64,000 bases of DNA from Candidatus Gastranaerophilales bacterium (lineage in GTDB: Bacteria > Cyanobacteriota > Vampirovibrionia > Gastranaerophilales > Gastranaerophilaceae). The notes beneath the pieces are model-generated. The model ran no database searches and was not told the origin of the DNA. It worked only from the letters and a program-made list of their open reading frames with translations. Numbering within the stretch: the stretch's first letter is position 1; every line of letters starts with the position of its first letter. Made by a program: the position numbers and the translations under genes. The stretch spans positions 21,825 through 85,824 of the forward strand of contig CALVBW010000023.1 of NCBI GenBank assembly GCA_944325945.1, read 5' to 3'. Shown here in pieces: positions 52,864-63,452 of the stretch.

Positions 52864-55246
52864 CCGCGGTTAATGATTCTGTTTCCAGGTATTTCTTTTG
52901 CGTACGGTTAAATGTGTTTATTTTGTATATTTTGCCGTCGGTAGTGATTTTTATTGAATTGTTATAATCTGTTCTGTATATTTGTGTATGGCGTAAAATG
53001 TCAAGCGTAATTTTGTTCGGGTGTCCAAAGTTGTTCGGACCTGTTGAGATTACCGATATCGAATTTTTGAGGTAATCTGTCATTGATTTGTTGACTACAT
53101 TTTTGCCGCCATGGTGTCCGACTTTTAGTACCTCAATATTTTGCGGAATATCTTTTTTAATTTTGTCAAATGCAATTACACCGGCGTCGCCCATAAACAA
53201 CATGTCAAAATCTTTGTAGTTCAAAAGCGCTATTATTGAATTTTCATTGTCATTGTCCGGTATATTTGCTGTATAGGTTGTGATTTTTAAATCCGGTTCT
53301 GTGTAAATAACAGCGTTATTCTCAGCGAGATATGTTTTTATTTTATATTTGTCAATGGCATCAAAGATATTGATAACGGTATAGCTGTCCTGTTTGAGTG
53401 AATTGACATATACTGATTTGATGTTTAATGCTTCCATTAAGTCGACGGCGCCGCCTGCGTGGTCGACATCAAAGTGAGTTATAATCATTCCTTCAATATT
53501 TTTTATTCCTCTGTCTTTTAAATATTTTGCAATGACAAATTTTGCAGTGGAGGATGAACTTTTATAGCTCATTTTGGCAGTGTCAATTATAAAATATTTA
53601 TTTTCCGGCGTTTTAATTAAAAACGCATCGGCATTACCGACATCAAATGTTATAATTTCCAGTTTGTGGTTTGGTATATTGATTGTTGTAACAAAAAGTA
53701 TGACTATTGCAGTCAAAATTATTGTGAATAATTTTTTGTCGAAGCCTTTTTCTATTAAAATTGTAACCAGCAGTATTATTCCGTAAAAAATTAGAAGTTG
53801 TATAACCCCAGGGTGTGTTGTATCAATAATTGCATTCGGCAGTGACGCAAAATAATTTGAGATTGCGACAATTATATCAAGTGCGTATTTTAAAATAAAG
53901 TCAAAAATCATACAGACAAAATCAGCAATAGGTTTTATTGTAGCAAGTATTGAACTTACAAAACCGCCGAAACTTATTACACTTAAAAATGGCACTGTAA
54001 GTATATTTGCTAAAATAGAATATGTACTGAAAGTGTTAAAATAAAACATCTGCAACGGCGCCACCCAGATTTGTGCGATAATCGGAATTAGGATTCCGCC
54101 CTTAATCCATTCCGGCAGATTGATATCTTTAAATTTGTCAAATATTACCATCCCTGTTGTCAAAAGCCCGAATGTTACTATGAATGACAACTGGAATCCG
54201 ACATTGTTTATGTATGCAGGATTGTATATAAGCATTAAAAATGCCACAAAAGATAATAATGATACACTGTGAGCATCTCTGTCTATGAGTTTTCCTATCT
54301 GAATAAATAAAAGCATTAATGCGGCACGCAAGACAGATGCACCAAGTCCTGTCATTAATGTATAAAGAATTACCATAACCATTCCGCCGGTTATATTTAT
54401 TTTATAAGGCACCCTTAAAAATCTCATTATGAAAAACCAGAATCCGAAAATAAATGCAACGTTCATACCTGATGCGGCAAGTATATGCAATAATCCTGAA
54501 TTGATAAAATTCGTTTTAATATAATCAGGAGGCGCTACTGCGTCGTCTCCGAATACTACTCCGCCAAGAATTTCCAAATTCGGTGATTGAAGATATTTGG
54601 AATGACTTTCTAAAATTCCGTTTCTTACGTTATTTAATTTCCTTAAAAATTTCCACTGCAGCGAAAGCTCTCCGTTTAATTTATGACAATCAGTATAATC
54701 CGCATAAACTGTTGTAAATGCATTGAAATTTTGCAGATATCTTCCATAATCAAATTGTGACGGATTACCGGCTTTGAACGGACGTCTGATTTTTGCATTG
54801 ATTGAAACATAATCTCCTGTGTTTAAAGTTGGTGTTTCTGACTCGCTGTATAATGTCACATAAGTTTTGGCTTTGATTTCTTGCCCGTTAATTTTGTTTA
54901 CTGCAAGAAAAAATTTCGTCTTATCATCAGTTATGTTCGGAATGGAAACAATTTGTCCTTGAATTTCGGCATCAATTGGTGCTATATCATATAATTGGTC
55001 GCTTGTATTTATTCTGAAATACGAATTAAAAAAGCCGAAATAAAATATTGTTATCCAAAAAATTACATATTTTATCGACAATCTTTTTTGAAAAATTAAA
55101 ATTATTCCGATTATCGTTAATGCCGCGGAAACTATAATTGCACAGTCGTTAAAATATGACAGTATTCCTGCCATAAACATTACAGATGTTATAAACATTA
55201 CGGCATTTTTGCTTTGTAATGTTGAATTTAGGTATTCTCTAAACAT
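52856..55246 (-). CDS. comEC: DNA internalization competence protein ComEC/Rec2 with a C-terminal metallo-beta-lactamase domain
   Basis: Polytopic competence domain (LLHILAASGMNVAF) and MBL motif (THFDVDHAGG). Confidence 0.9.
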   Translation of the reverse strand: MFREYLNSTLQSKNAVMFITSVMFMAGILSYFNDCAIIVSAALTIIGIILIFQKRLSIKYVIFWITIFYFGFFNSYFRINTSDQLYDIAPIDAEIQGQIVSIPNITDDKTKFFLAVNKINGQEIKAKTYVTLYSESETPTLNTGDYVSINAKIRRPFKAGNPSQFDYGRYLQNFNAFTTVYADYTDCHKLNGELSLQWKFLRKLNNVRNGILESHSKYLQSPNLEILGGVVFGDDAVAPPDYIKTNFINSGLLHILAASGMNVAFIFGFWFFIMRFLRVPYKINITGGMVMVILYTLMTGLGASVLRAALMLLFIQIGKLIDRDAHSVSLLSFVAFLMLIYNPAYINNVGFQLSFIVTFGLLTTGMVIFDKFKDINLPEWIKGGILIPIIAQIWVAPLQMFYFNTFSTYSILANILTVPFLSVISFGGFVSSILATIKPIADFVCMIFDFILKYALDIIVAISNYFASLPNAIIDTTHPGVIQLLIFYGIILLVTILIEKGFDKKLFTIILTAIVILFVTTINIPNHKLEIITFDVGNADAFLIKTPENKYFIIDTAKMSYKSSSSTAKFVIAKYLKDRGIKNIEGMIITHFDVDHAGGAVDLMEALNIKSVYVNSLKQDSYTVINIFDAIDKYKIKTYLAENNAVIYTEPDLKITTYTANIPDNDNENSIIALLNYKDFDMLFMGDAGVIAFDKIKKDIPQNIEVLKVGHHGGKNVVNKSMTDYLKNSISVISTGPNNFGHPNKITLDILRHTQIYRTDYNNSIKITTDGKIYKINTFNRTQKKYLETESLTAVN

Positions 55247-55273
55247 TCCGATAAAGGAATTATAACATGGAAA

Positions 55274-57088
55274 TTATTTCTTTTTCCCGAAAAACAGGAA
55301 CCATTTTTTCTTTTTCTGCTCTTGTTTGGGCTGAGGTTGTTTGACAGGTTTAAATGCGCCTTTTGCAAGAGTTTCAGCATAAGTTCCTCTGGTATGTGCA
55401 TAATCAAAGAGAACAACGCCATCAGCTTTAAGTTTTCTTGTTTCGTGAATTTGTCTTATTAAATCTTCATTGGAACCGCCCATAAATGTTACAAATATTC
55501 CTGCATAGATATTTGTTTTTCCGCCTTTTATATTCATTACGTCGTTCATCATTTCAGCAACCATTTTAGGATCATAAGTTAAAAACAGCGGAGTAAAACC
55601 GTCTACAAAATCTCGTTTTGACCAGGTTCGCCAGTCTTGTTGCTTTGTATTGAGCGCACTTTCAATATCAGGGAAAATTACGGTGCTGACGTACACATTA
55701 TTTTCTCTGCCGAGAGTCCCTGCTTTGGCTACAAAGTTTGTAATTTTTTCCCTGCGGTAGTTTTCCCAATCCTGCCAGAGATTATCATTATATTTTATAT
55801 TAACAGGGTCTGTGTTATACAGATCTTTAAAGTCTTTTCGTGCATATTCCGTAAAACCCCAGCTTCCTGATTCGTTTTTTGAAATTGCCTGAGGGTATCT
55901 TATATAATCAAGATTTATGCCGTCAGGTTTGTAGGTACATATTATTTCGGAAAGAAGTTTAAGTAAAAATTCTTGAACTTTCGGGTTTGCAGGATCTAAA
56001 AAATATCCGTTGTGTTCTGATTTGGAACTGGTCGGAGTTTTTGACAAATAATCCGCTTTTGTTTTATTTCCCCATTCCGGATGCACTGCAAGGATGCTTT
56101 TAGAGTTGTTAGCAGGATTGCTGTTTCCTACGTAAAAAGATTGGAACCATATATGGATTTTCATATCCCGTTTATGCGCTTCCTGTATCCAGATTTTTAA
56201 CGGATCAAATTTGTTAAACTGTTCATTTTGTACAACAAATCCATAATCTTTCATTGTTTTGCTCGGAAATATGGTTTTGCCGTGGTAAAAAGTTTCCAAA
56301 AATACGTTGTCAATACCTATATCCTGCATTTTATTAAGTGTAGAAACTATTTGAAATGAAGATGTTTCTGTCGGACGTATCCATACGCCTTTTAATTCTT
56401 TGGGAATATAGGGTAATACAGAAATGATTGTATCGTTAGCTTCTTCTACAGCCAGCTTTGAATATTTTTTCAGGTGATCCTGATTGTCGGGGTCTTTTTT
56501 TGCTTTTTTTAGATAATTTTGTGCTGCGGTTATGTGGTTATTTGGAGTTTTTGAATTGTAGTAAGGCACTTTATTTTTGTAATAATCCATCATGTTTTTA
56601 GCTTCGGTAATTTTATTTTCAGCTTCAAACATGTAACTTTCAGATGTTGTGTAAACATTTAAAGTGTTTTTAGTCTTATCAATGTAAACCTTTGTACCTA
56701 CCGTTATATTTTTATTCATCCAGTTTTTAGCGGAACCGTGACCGCTGATTACAAAACCGTCAAGCGGTATAAAGGAATTGGCTCCGCTTATCATTGTTAC
56801 AATGTTGTTTTGAACAATCGCTTCAGTACCGTATTCATTTGTGTTTGTTCTTTCTCCAAAATCGGAGGTGTATATTACAAGCTGGTTTGCGCCTCGTCCT
56901 CCGGGGAAAATGCTTCCTGTTGCATTATTTTTAGGGGTCGGATTAATTACATTTATTGATATAGATGAATTTGAAAATGTAACTTCATTACGTGCAAATT
57001 TTACGGGGTTATAAATATCATCAGACGCATAAACTTTTGATGTCAAAATGGTAATTATAAATATTATTGCAAGTTGTTTTAATTTCAT
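55274..57088 (-). CDS. Secreted glycoside hydrolase-like family 10 protein (GHL10/YngK-like)
   Basis: Signal peptide; GVWIRPTE, FLETFYHGKTIFPS, HIWFQSFYVGN, GINLDYIRYP. Confidence 0.7.
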   Translation of the reverse strand: MKLKQLAIIFIITILTSKVYASDDIYNPVKFARNEVTFSNSSISINVINPTPKNNATGSIFPGGRGANQLVIYTSDFGERTNTNEYGTEAIVQNNIVTMISGANSFIPLDGFVISGHGSAKNWMNKNITVGTKVYIDKTKNTLNVYTTSESYMFEAENKITEAKNMMDYYKNKVPYYNSKTPNNHITAAQNYLKKAKKDPDNQDHLKKYSKLAVEEANDTIISVLPYIPKELKGVWIRPTETSSFQIVSTLNKMQDIGIDNVFLETFYHGKTIFPSKTMKDYGFVVQNEQFNKFDPLKIWIQEAHKRDMKIHIWFQSFYVGNSNPANNSKSILAVHPEWGNKTKADYLSKTPTSSKSEHNGYFLDPANPKVQEFLLKLLSEIICTYKPDGINLDYIRYPQAISKNESGSWGFTEYARKDFKDLYNTDPVNIKYNDNLWQDWENYRREKITNFVAKAGTLGRENNVYVSTVIFPDIESALNTKQQDWRTWSKRDFVDGFTPLFLTYDPKMVAEMMNDVMNIKGGKTNIYAGIFVTFMGGSNEDLIRQIHETRKLKADGVVLFDYAHTRGTYAETLAKGAFKPVKQPQPKQEQKKKKWFLFFGKKK

Positions 57089-57090
57089 TG

Positions 57091-57735
57091 TTATTTCCTG
57101 ATAGAATTATTGTTATAATAGCCGGAATTGCCGTAATTTAGAGATTCTATTTGTAAGGCTTTGTCTTTTAGATTCGTATTTGTCCTGTCTAATGAAAAGG
57201 CCTTTTCATAATAATACTTTGCGGTCAAAAGATCGGCAAATTTTTCATATATCGTAGCAATTTTTAAGTTTAAGTCAAAGTATTCGCTATAACCGTTTTC
57301 GTAAGCTCTTTTGAAATATCTCAGCGCCCTTTTGTAATCATCTCTTTTAAAATAAAAATCTCCGAGATAATAATTCAAATAGGGATCTTTTTTATTAATG
57401 TCATAACAAATACTGAAATATTCTTTTGCAAATCTGTCTAATTTTTTTTCATCATATGTTCTTGCAAGCTGAACCATCGGATAAATTTCTACCGGATAAA
57501 TTTTAGTAACAATATAATATTTACCCATTGCAGTGCTTAAATATTTCGGATCTTTTGTGGTTTCGTATTGTTCAAAATAGCCGTCAGCTTCTTCTAAAAT
57601 TTTTTGACCGTCCAGAACAGAATAGTCCATTAAATTATCTTCGTACTTCACTGAACCTTTTTCAATTGAAAAACTTGGAAGTACGAAGATTAATAAGCTT
57701 ATACAAAGATATAATAATTTTTTACAGATCCTCAT
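57091..57735 (-). CDS. Secreted TPR-repeat protein
   Basis: Signal peptide and repeated A..YY/F.KA TPR-like units. Confidence 0.6.
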   Translation of the reverse strand: MRICKKLLYLCISLLIFVLPSFSIEKGSVKYEDNLMDYSVLDGQKILEEADGYFEQYETTKDPKYLSTAMGKYYIVTKIYPVEIYPMVQLARTYDEKKLDRFAKEYFSICYDINKKDPYLNYYLGDFYFKRDDYKRALRYFKRAYENGYSEYFDLNLKIATIYEKFADLLTAKYYYEKAFSLDRTNTNLKDKALQIESLNYGNSGYYNNNSIRK

Positions 57736-58048
57736 AACTCGGTGTTGTTTTAATATCGTGATTCATGAAAGAACCGTCATCCAGTGCCGGATCTAAATAG
57801 ATAAAGACATTTTTTATCCATCTGACCAGTTTGCAATCTTTTTTACCCTGTTCAGCATCTGTAGTATTCAAATATTGTTCCCCGTTCACGCTTGCTCTTG
57901 TTTTTTGTACTATTTCAACGGTGGCATTAGAATGACCATGATTACGCAGATAATCTGGAGAAACAGCATCTGTAGGTGTTATTCCGGCGAAGGTCGGAAT
58001 AGTTGCATATGTAATAAATAATGCTGTAATTAAAAGTTTTATTTTCAT
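57722..58048 (-). CDS. Small secreted hypothetical protein (108 aa)
   Basis: Signal peptide MKIKLLITALFITYATIPTFAG. Overlaps the downstream TPR gene. Confidence 0.5.
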   Translation of the reverse strand: MKIKLLITALFITYATIPTFAGITPTDAVSPDYLRNHGHSNATVEIVQKTRASVNGEQYLNTTDAEQGKKDCKLVRWIKNVFIYLDPALDDGSFMNHDIKTTPSYEDL

Positions 58049-58118
58049 AGTTACCTCTATTATAGTTAATTTTTAAATTTAATACAACTATATTATATTT
58101 TTGTTACACTTGCATGAA

Positions 58119-59174
58119 CTATTCGTATGATTTTATTATAATTTCTTCCAATTTTTCAAGCAGTTTATTTTCCGGAACTTTAGCTACGATTTCGCCTTTT
58201 TTGAATACATAGCCTTCATTTATACCGCCGGCAATACCGAAATCGGCATGTCTGGCTTCGCCGGGACCGTTTACCGCACAACCCATTGTTGCAATGGTTA
58301 TATTTTTGTCCAGATTCTTGAATTTTTCTTCAACCTTTTTTGCCAGTCCAATCAAATCAATTTGTGTTCTTCCGCAGGTGGGGCATGATATAAAATTGAC
58401 TCCGCCCTGTCTTAAACCAAGGCTTTTGAGAATATCAAATCCTGCAGTAACTTCTTCTGCCGGATTTTCGGTTAATGAAACTCTTATTGTGTCGCCGATA
58501 CCTTCCGCAAGTAAGGTTCCCAATCCAACGGATGATTTTATCAAACCGCCTCTGAGTGTTCCTGCTTCAGTTACTCCCAGATGCAGAGGGTAAGGAATTT
58601 TTTCTGCAATTGAGCGGTAGGCTTCTATTGTTGTCAAAACATCGGATGATTTCAGTGAAACTTTTATTAAATCGAAATCCAAATCTTCAAGAATTTGGAT
58701 ATGTTTCATCGCGCTTTTGACCATCTTTTCGGAAAGAGGTATATTCTCTTCCATAAGTTCTTTTTCTAAAGATCCTGCATTAACCCCTATTCTTATTGGT
58801 ATTTGTTGTTGTTTTGCAAGATTAACAACTTTTTCCACGTTCTCGCGTTTTCCTATATTACCGGGATTAAGTCTTAGCGCATTTATCCCGTTATTAATAC
58901 ATTGAATGGCAAGTCTGTAATCAAAATGGATATCTGCAACAAGCGGTACAGGGGATTTTTTAACTATTTCTTTAATAGCTTCGGCAGCATCTTTATTTAA
59001 TACGGCTAACCGTACAATTTCGCATCCTTTTGCAGCGAGTTCGTTAATTTGTTTCAAAGTCGTATTCACATCTCGCGTATCTGTGTTACACATGGATTGA
59101 ACGCTTATAAGTGCATCTCCGCCTATTTTTATATCGCCTATTGAAATTTGTTTTGACTGTCTTCTTTTTATCAT
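58119..59174 (-). CDS. ispG: 4-hydroxy-3-methylbut-2-en-1-yl diphosphate synthase (flavodoxin)
   Basis: RRQSKQISIGDIKIGGDALISVQSMCNTDT...ISCPTCGR...GCAVNGPGE. Confidence 0.95.
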   Translation of the reverse strand: MIKRRQSKQISIGDIKIGGDALISVQSMCNTDTRDVNTTLKQINELAAKGCEIVRLAVLNKDAAEAIKEIVKKSPVPLVADIHFDYRLAIQCINNGINALRLNPGNIGKRENVEKVVNLAKQQQIPIRIGVNAGSLEKELMEENIPLSEKMVKSAMKHIQILEDLDFDLIKVSLKSSDVLTTIEAYRSIAEKIPYPLHLGVTEAGTLRGGLIKSSVGLGTLLAEGIGDTIRVSLTENPAEEVTAGFDILKSLGLRQGGVNFISCPTCGRTQIDLIGLAKKVEEKFKNLDKNITIATMGCAVNGPGEARHADFGIAGGINEGYVFKKGEIVAKVPENKLLEKLEEIIIKSYE

Positions 59175-59238
59175 ATTTATATTTTATTATAAAAATAATT
59201 ATTTGTGTTATACTAAATACCAAAAAGGAGAATTTCAT

Positions 59239-59970
59239 ATGCGAGTTGCCGTTATTTCTGATATCCATGCTAATCTTATCGCTTTAGAAGCAGTATTAAA
59301 AGATATTGAAAAGGAAAATTGTGAACATATTATATGTCTTGGAGATTTGGTTTTAGCAGGTCCGCAGCCAATTAGTATTTTGGATTTTGTCAAACAGCAA
59401 AATTGGACAATCGTTCAGGGAAATACTGACAAACTTATTGCCGAATACAGTGATGATGTCCTTGATATGATGAAAGAAAAATATCCGGTAATGGCTAATG
59501 CAATTGTCGACGATATGAATTATGTAACAGAAGAAGATCAAAAATATTTAAGCGAGCTTCCTCCTCAACTTGAGATGGATATTGATGGAATTAAACTTCT
59601 TCTGGTTCACGGTTCTCCTCGTGCAAATAATGAAGATATTTTGCCTAACAGACCGCTGGAAGAAATTGAAGAAATTATCTCAGATTATGATGCGGATTTG
59701 ATTTTGTGCGGTCATACTCACATTCCATGCGGATATCAGACAAATAATAAACAAACCGTTGTTAATGTCGGCAGTGTGGGCAGACCTATGACACCTACGC
59801 CTTTAGCGTGCTATGTTGTAATTGATTTGGAAAATGGTGTATTTAATATCAGACATAAATTTGTTGATTACGACAGAGAAAAAGCAGCAGAACTTGTTCG
59901 GGTAAGAAATTTTGAAGGTGCCGATAAACTGGCTGAATTGCTTATAAATCCTGTAGAACGTCACGTCTAG
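59239..59970 (+). CDS. Metallophosphoesterase-family protein (YfcE-like)
   Basis: ORF trimmed to MRVAVISDIHAN, which follows AAGGAGAA. Contains GDLV and GHTH motifs. Confidence 0.8.
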   Translation: MRVAVISDIHANLIALEAVLKDIEKENCEHIICLGDLVLAGPQPISILDFVKQQNWTIVQGNTDKLIAEYSDDVLDMMKEKYPVMANAIVDDMNYVTEEDQKYLSELPPQLEMDIDGIKLLLVHGSPRANNEDILPNRPLEEIEEIISDYDADLILCGHTHIPCGYQTNNKQTVVNVGSVGRPMTPTPLACYVVIDLENGVFNIRHKFVDYDREKAAELVRVRNFEGADKLAELLINPVERHV

Positions 59971-60032
59971 TTGTAATTTTTATTTTTGTGGTATAGTGTA
60001 GTTGCGAGGATTTTTTTAGAAAGCAGATTTTT

Positions 60033-61037
60033 ATGAATATGGATAAAGAAAAACTCGTTTCTTACATTAAGAAACTAACCGAACCAAAAATATTAGTTAT
60101 TGGTGATTTAGCTATAGATGAAATGATTTACGGTGATGCGGAAAGAATTTCCAGGGAAGCACCAGTTTTAATTTTGCAGCATACAAGAACCAGATTGATT
60201 CTTGGCGGTGCCTCAAATGCAGCACATAACGTTTCTACTTTAAATAACGGAAAAGTCGGTGTAATAGGCGTTTGCGGCGATGATTATCAGTCAGGACAAT
60301 TGATTGATACTTTTGAAAAAGCTAATGTGGATTGTAAATATATTGTTAAAGATTCTGCCAGAAAAACAACGACAAAAACCCGTATTTCAGGGTCTATAAC
60401 AACATCAATTACCCAGCAGATTGTTCGTGTCGACAGACAAACAAATGAGCCTGTTTCCACCGAAACTGAAAATAAAATTATTGATAATATAGAAAAGGCA
60501 ATCCCTGAATATGATGCGGTTATTTTATCAAACTATCATATAGGAACTTTGACTAAAAAAATTATTGAGACTACAAGCAAACTTGCCAACAAATATAATA
60601 AAATTGTTATAGTTGACGCGCAAAAAGATTTGAATATTTATAAAAATATAACTTCAATGACCCCGAATCTTCCTGACACTGAAAAAGCAGTAGGTTTTGA
60701 GTTGAATAATGATGAAGATTTGAAAAAAGCAGGCGACAAATTGCTTTCAGAAACAAAGGCAAAAGCAATTTTGATAACCTGCGGGGCTGACGGCATGTTT
60801 GTCGCAGAACCCAAAAAGAAATATACAAAAATTCCGGTATTTAATAAGTCGGAAGTGTTTGACGTGACAGGTGCCGGCGATACGGTTACTGCGGTTTATA
60901 CACTTGCACTTGCGGCCGGCGCGGATTTTGTCCATGCCGCAATTATCGGTAATATAGCGGCGAGCCTTGTCGTAAGACAATTCGGCTGTGCAACGACAAC
61001 TATTCATGAATTGCTGGATGCTGCCGCAAAATTATAG
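60033..61037 (+). CDS. D-glycero-beta-D-manno-heptose-7-phosphate kinase (RfaE domain I / HldA-like, PfkB family)
   Basis: ILVIGDLAIDEMIYGDAERISREAPVLIL...GGASNAAHN...DVTGAGDTV. Confidence 0.75.
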   Translation: MNMDKEKLVSYIKKLTEPKILVIGDLAIDEMIYGDAERISREAPVLILQHTRTRLILGGASNAAHNVSTLNNGKVGVIGVCGDDYQSGQLIDTFEKANVDCKYIVKDSARKTTTKTRISGSITTSITQQIVRVDRQTNEPVSTETENKIIDNIEKAIPEYDAVILSNYHIGTLTKKIIETTSKLANKYNKIVIVDAQKDLNIYKNITSMTPNLPDTEKAVGFELNNDEDLKKAGDKLLSETKAKAILITCGADGMFVAEPKKKYTKIPVFNKSEVFDVTGAGDTVTAVYTLALAAGADFVHAAIIGNIAASLVVRQFGCATTTIHELLDAAAKL

Positions 61038-61046
61038 GAGAATGTT

Positions 61047-61613
61047 ATGCAAAAGTTTTTGGATTTACTTAAAAAGGTCAGACCGATTGATATAATTATA
61101 ATTGTCGGTGTTGTGATTGCTTTAATTGTCGGATTTTTTACGTTTACAAATTTTAGACAAACTGCGGATAAACAGATTGAAGCAACTTCTAAAATCAGAT
61201 TTCAGGTTTATATAAGAAGTGTCACCCTGACCAGCAACAAAATTCCTATGGCAAAAGGTGAAAAAACGTTTATCAGCATAAGAAATGTTCCTTATTCGGA
61301 TCTGGATATAGTGGACGTTCAATCAGACAGAAAAAAAATAGTTTTGCCGACATTTAATTCAAAAAAAGTTGTTGTGGTTGAAGATGTTTCACAGGCAAGT
61401 CTTTATGATATTATCGTAACTCTTGAAGATACCGCTAAAATTACAAAAGACGGTGCTGTTGTGGGCGGTAACAAAATTAAAATGGGTCTGCCGATTACAT
61501 TAGAGGGAGAAGATTACAAGTTTAACGGTATAGTTTCCGACTTGCAGCTTGTGCCGGATCCTGACAGCCATGACGTAATTAATAATCAAAGTACAGCATA
61601 CGATGTTCAGTAA
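61047..61613 (+). CDS. Membrane-anchored hypothetical protein (possibly DUF4330-like)
   Basis: N-terminal TM segment IDIIIIVGVVIALIVGFFTF. The family assignment is from memory only. Confidence 0.5.
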   Translation: MQKFLDLLKKVRPIDIIIIVGVVIALIVGFFTFTNFRQTADKQIEATSKIRFQVYIRSVTLTSNKIPMAKGEKTFISIRNVPYSDLDIVDVQSDRKKIVLPTFNSKKVVVVEDVSQASLYDIIVTLEDTAKITKDGAVVGGNKIKMGLPITLEGEDYKFNGIVSDLQLVPDPDSHDVINNQSTAYDVQ

Positions 61614-62952
61614 AATAATATTCAAAGTTCAGGATAAACTGAAATATTTATATGATAACAGCCTTTTTTTGCAGAAGATAGATACATTTATCTTCTGCTC
61701 TATCATTGCAGTAATTATCGTGTCAACTTTTTTGTCATCGGATTATATAGGGTTCATTGCGCTCGTAACCATGTTTTTGACCTTTGTAAAAATTATGACA
61801 AAGAAGGGTGACAAATTTACGTTTAATCATTTTGAATTATTCCTTGCTGCTTATTTTATGTTTGTTGTTATAAGTCTTGCAGGCTCAAGTTTGTTTGCGT
61901 TGAGCCTCAAAGGATTTTTAAAAACATTTATATATATAGGATTTTATTTTTCAGCCGCGCATTATTTTAAAAATAATTTGTCTAAAATTCCATACGTGAT
62001 TGCCGCAATAGCATTGTGTATAGGGTTTGAAAGTATTATTGCAGTTTTGCAAAATTCTGCGCATGTTGAGGCAATATCCGGCTGGCAGGATACAACAGGA
62101 CATAATCCGGAAGAAATTATGACGAGGGTTTACGGAACTTTGAAGCCGTTTAACCCGAATCTTTTAGGCGGGTATTTTGTTGTCGGTATTCCTGCGCTTT
62201 TCGGAATGTGTGCATATTTCCTGTTTCATAAGAATTATAAACGTATGGCGATTTTTGCGGGCTTTTCTTTGCTGGCGGTTCTTGCATTGTTTTTGACAGG
62301 CTGCAGAGGGGCATATCTTGCTTTGCTTTTAATCCTTGCTCTTACGTTTCTTGTTTCAGCAAAATTTTTCTGGGAAAAATATAAGACAATTTATTTATCC
62401 CTAATTGGTGCTGCAGTCGGGATGTTTACGGCTGCATTGATATTTGTTACGTCGCTCAGGGCAAGATTTTTATCTATTTTTGCAATGCGTCAGGATTCAT
62501 CAAATTCTTTCAGATTTAACGTATATCAATCTTCAATTGAAATGTTTAAAGACAATTGGCTTTTAGGAATTGGTGTAGGAAACAGAAATTTCAGGGAAAT
62601 TTACGGACTTTATATGAAAACGGGGTTTGACGCTTTAAGCGCTTATAATATTTTTCTGGAAATCGCTGTTGAAAGCGGAATTTTTGCCCTTGTTGCGTTT
62701 TTAGGATTTTTAATTCTGCTGGTTAAAGATTCCGTAAAAATGATATTCAATTCTATTGATATTGAAAAAATAATTTTTGTATCTGCGGCTTTGATATCAA
62801 TACTTGCCGTAATGTTTCACGGGCTTGTGGATACGGTATTTTTCAGACCGCAGATTCAGTTCGTTTTCTGGACTATGGTGGCAGTAATAAGTGCATATAA
62901 TTTTAATATTACAGAATGTGAACAAGGTAAAAAAACAGAAATAAATACATAG
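61603..62952 (+). CDS. O-antigen ligase-family (Wzy_C) polytopic membrane protein
   Basis: About 10 or more TM segments. LTGCRGAYLALLL and the loop SIEMFKDNWLLGIGVGN are typical of this family. Confidence 0.7.
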   Translation: MFSKIIFKVQDKLKYLYDNSLFLQKIDTFIFCSIIAVIIVSTFLSSDYIGFIALVTMFLTFVKIMTKKGDKFTFNHFELFLAAYFMFVVISLAGSSLFALSLKGFLKTFIYIGFYFSAAHYFKNNLSKIPYVIAAIALCIGFESIIAVLQNSAHVEAISGWQDTTGHNPEEIMTRVYGTLKPFNPNLLGGYFVVGIPALFGMCAYFLFHKNYKRMAIFAGFSLLAVLALFLTGCRGAYLALLLILALTFLVSAKFFWEKYKTIYLSLIGAAVGMFTAALIFVTSLRARFLSIFAMRQDSSNSFRFNVYQSSIEMFKDNWLLGIGVGNRNFREIYGLYMKTGFDALSAYNIFLEIAVESGIFALVAFLGFLILLVKDSVKMIFNSIDIEKIIFVSAALISILAVMFHGLVDTVFFRPQIQFVFWTMVAVISAYNFNITECEQGKKTEINT

Positions 62953-62980
62953 TGATATAGGGGAAGAAAGGAGATTTGGT

Positions 62981-63355
62981 ATGGCAACAGTTACTAAAAT
63001 AGGTCAGGCAGCAAAATTTTTGTTCAACAGGATGCGCGGGGTTAAATATGGCGGAGTAAAATTTGGAAACGGTTCGGTGCAATTAGTACCTACTAACAAA
63101 TTAAGAAAATTGGATACGGTGATTGCTGAAAACTACGGTGAAGGTTTTGTCAATATGCCTACTGAACAAGTCAATGAAATTTTAAGATTTACAAGACCGT
63201 TGCAAAAAGGCTCTCCTCTGGCAGTATTGGGCGACTCTTTTCAGTATTTGAATGTACATGGCGGTTTGTCAATATATAATAATCAAACAAATGAGGCTGT
63301 TTTGAATATTTGTGAAAAGCTCAAACATCCGATTAAAACATATTTATTTGGCTAA
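62981..63355 (+). CDS. Hypothetical protein (124 aa) with GVKFGN near the N-terminus
   Basis: ORF track; AAGGAGA upstream; its own terminator. Confidence 0.5.
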   Translation: MATVTKIGQAAKFLFNRMRGVKYGGVKFGNGSVQLVPTNKLRKLDTVIAENYGEGFVNMPTEQVNEILRFTRPLQKGSPLAVLGDSFQYLNVHGGLSIYNNQTNEAVLNICEKLKHPIKTYLFG

Positions 63356-63379
63356 GCGGGAATATCTTCCCGCTTTTTT
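63355..63379 (+). terminator. Rho-independent terminator
   Basis: GCGGGA-atatct-TCCCGC followed by T6. Confidence 0.7.
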
Positions 63380-63452
63380 ATTAAGCTTTTATAAAGACAC
63401 GAAAAAGGTGTGGTAAACTTAAATTAAGGGTAGTTAAGAAGGAGAATTATAT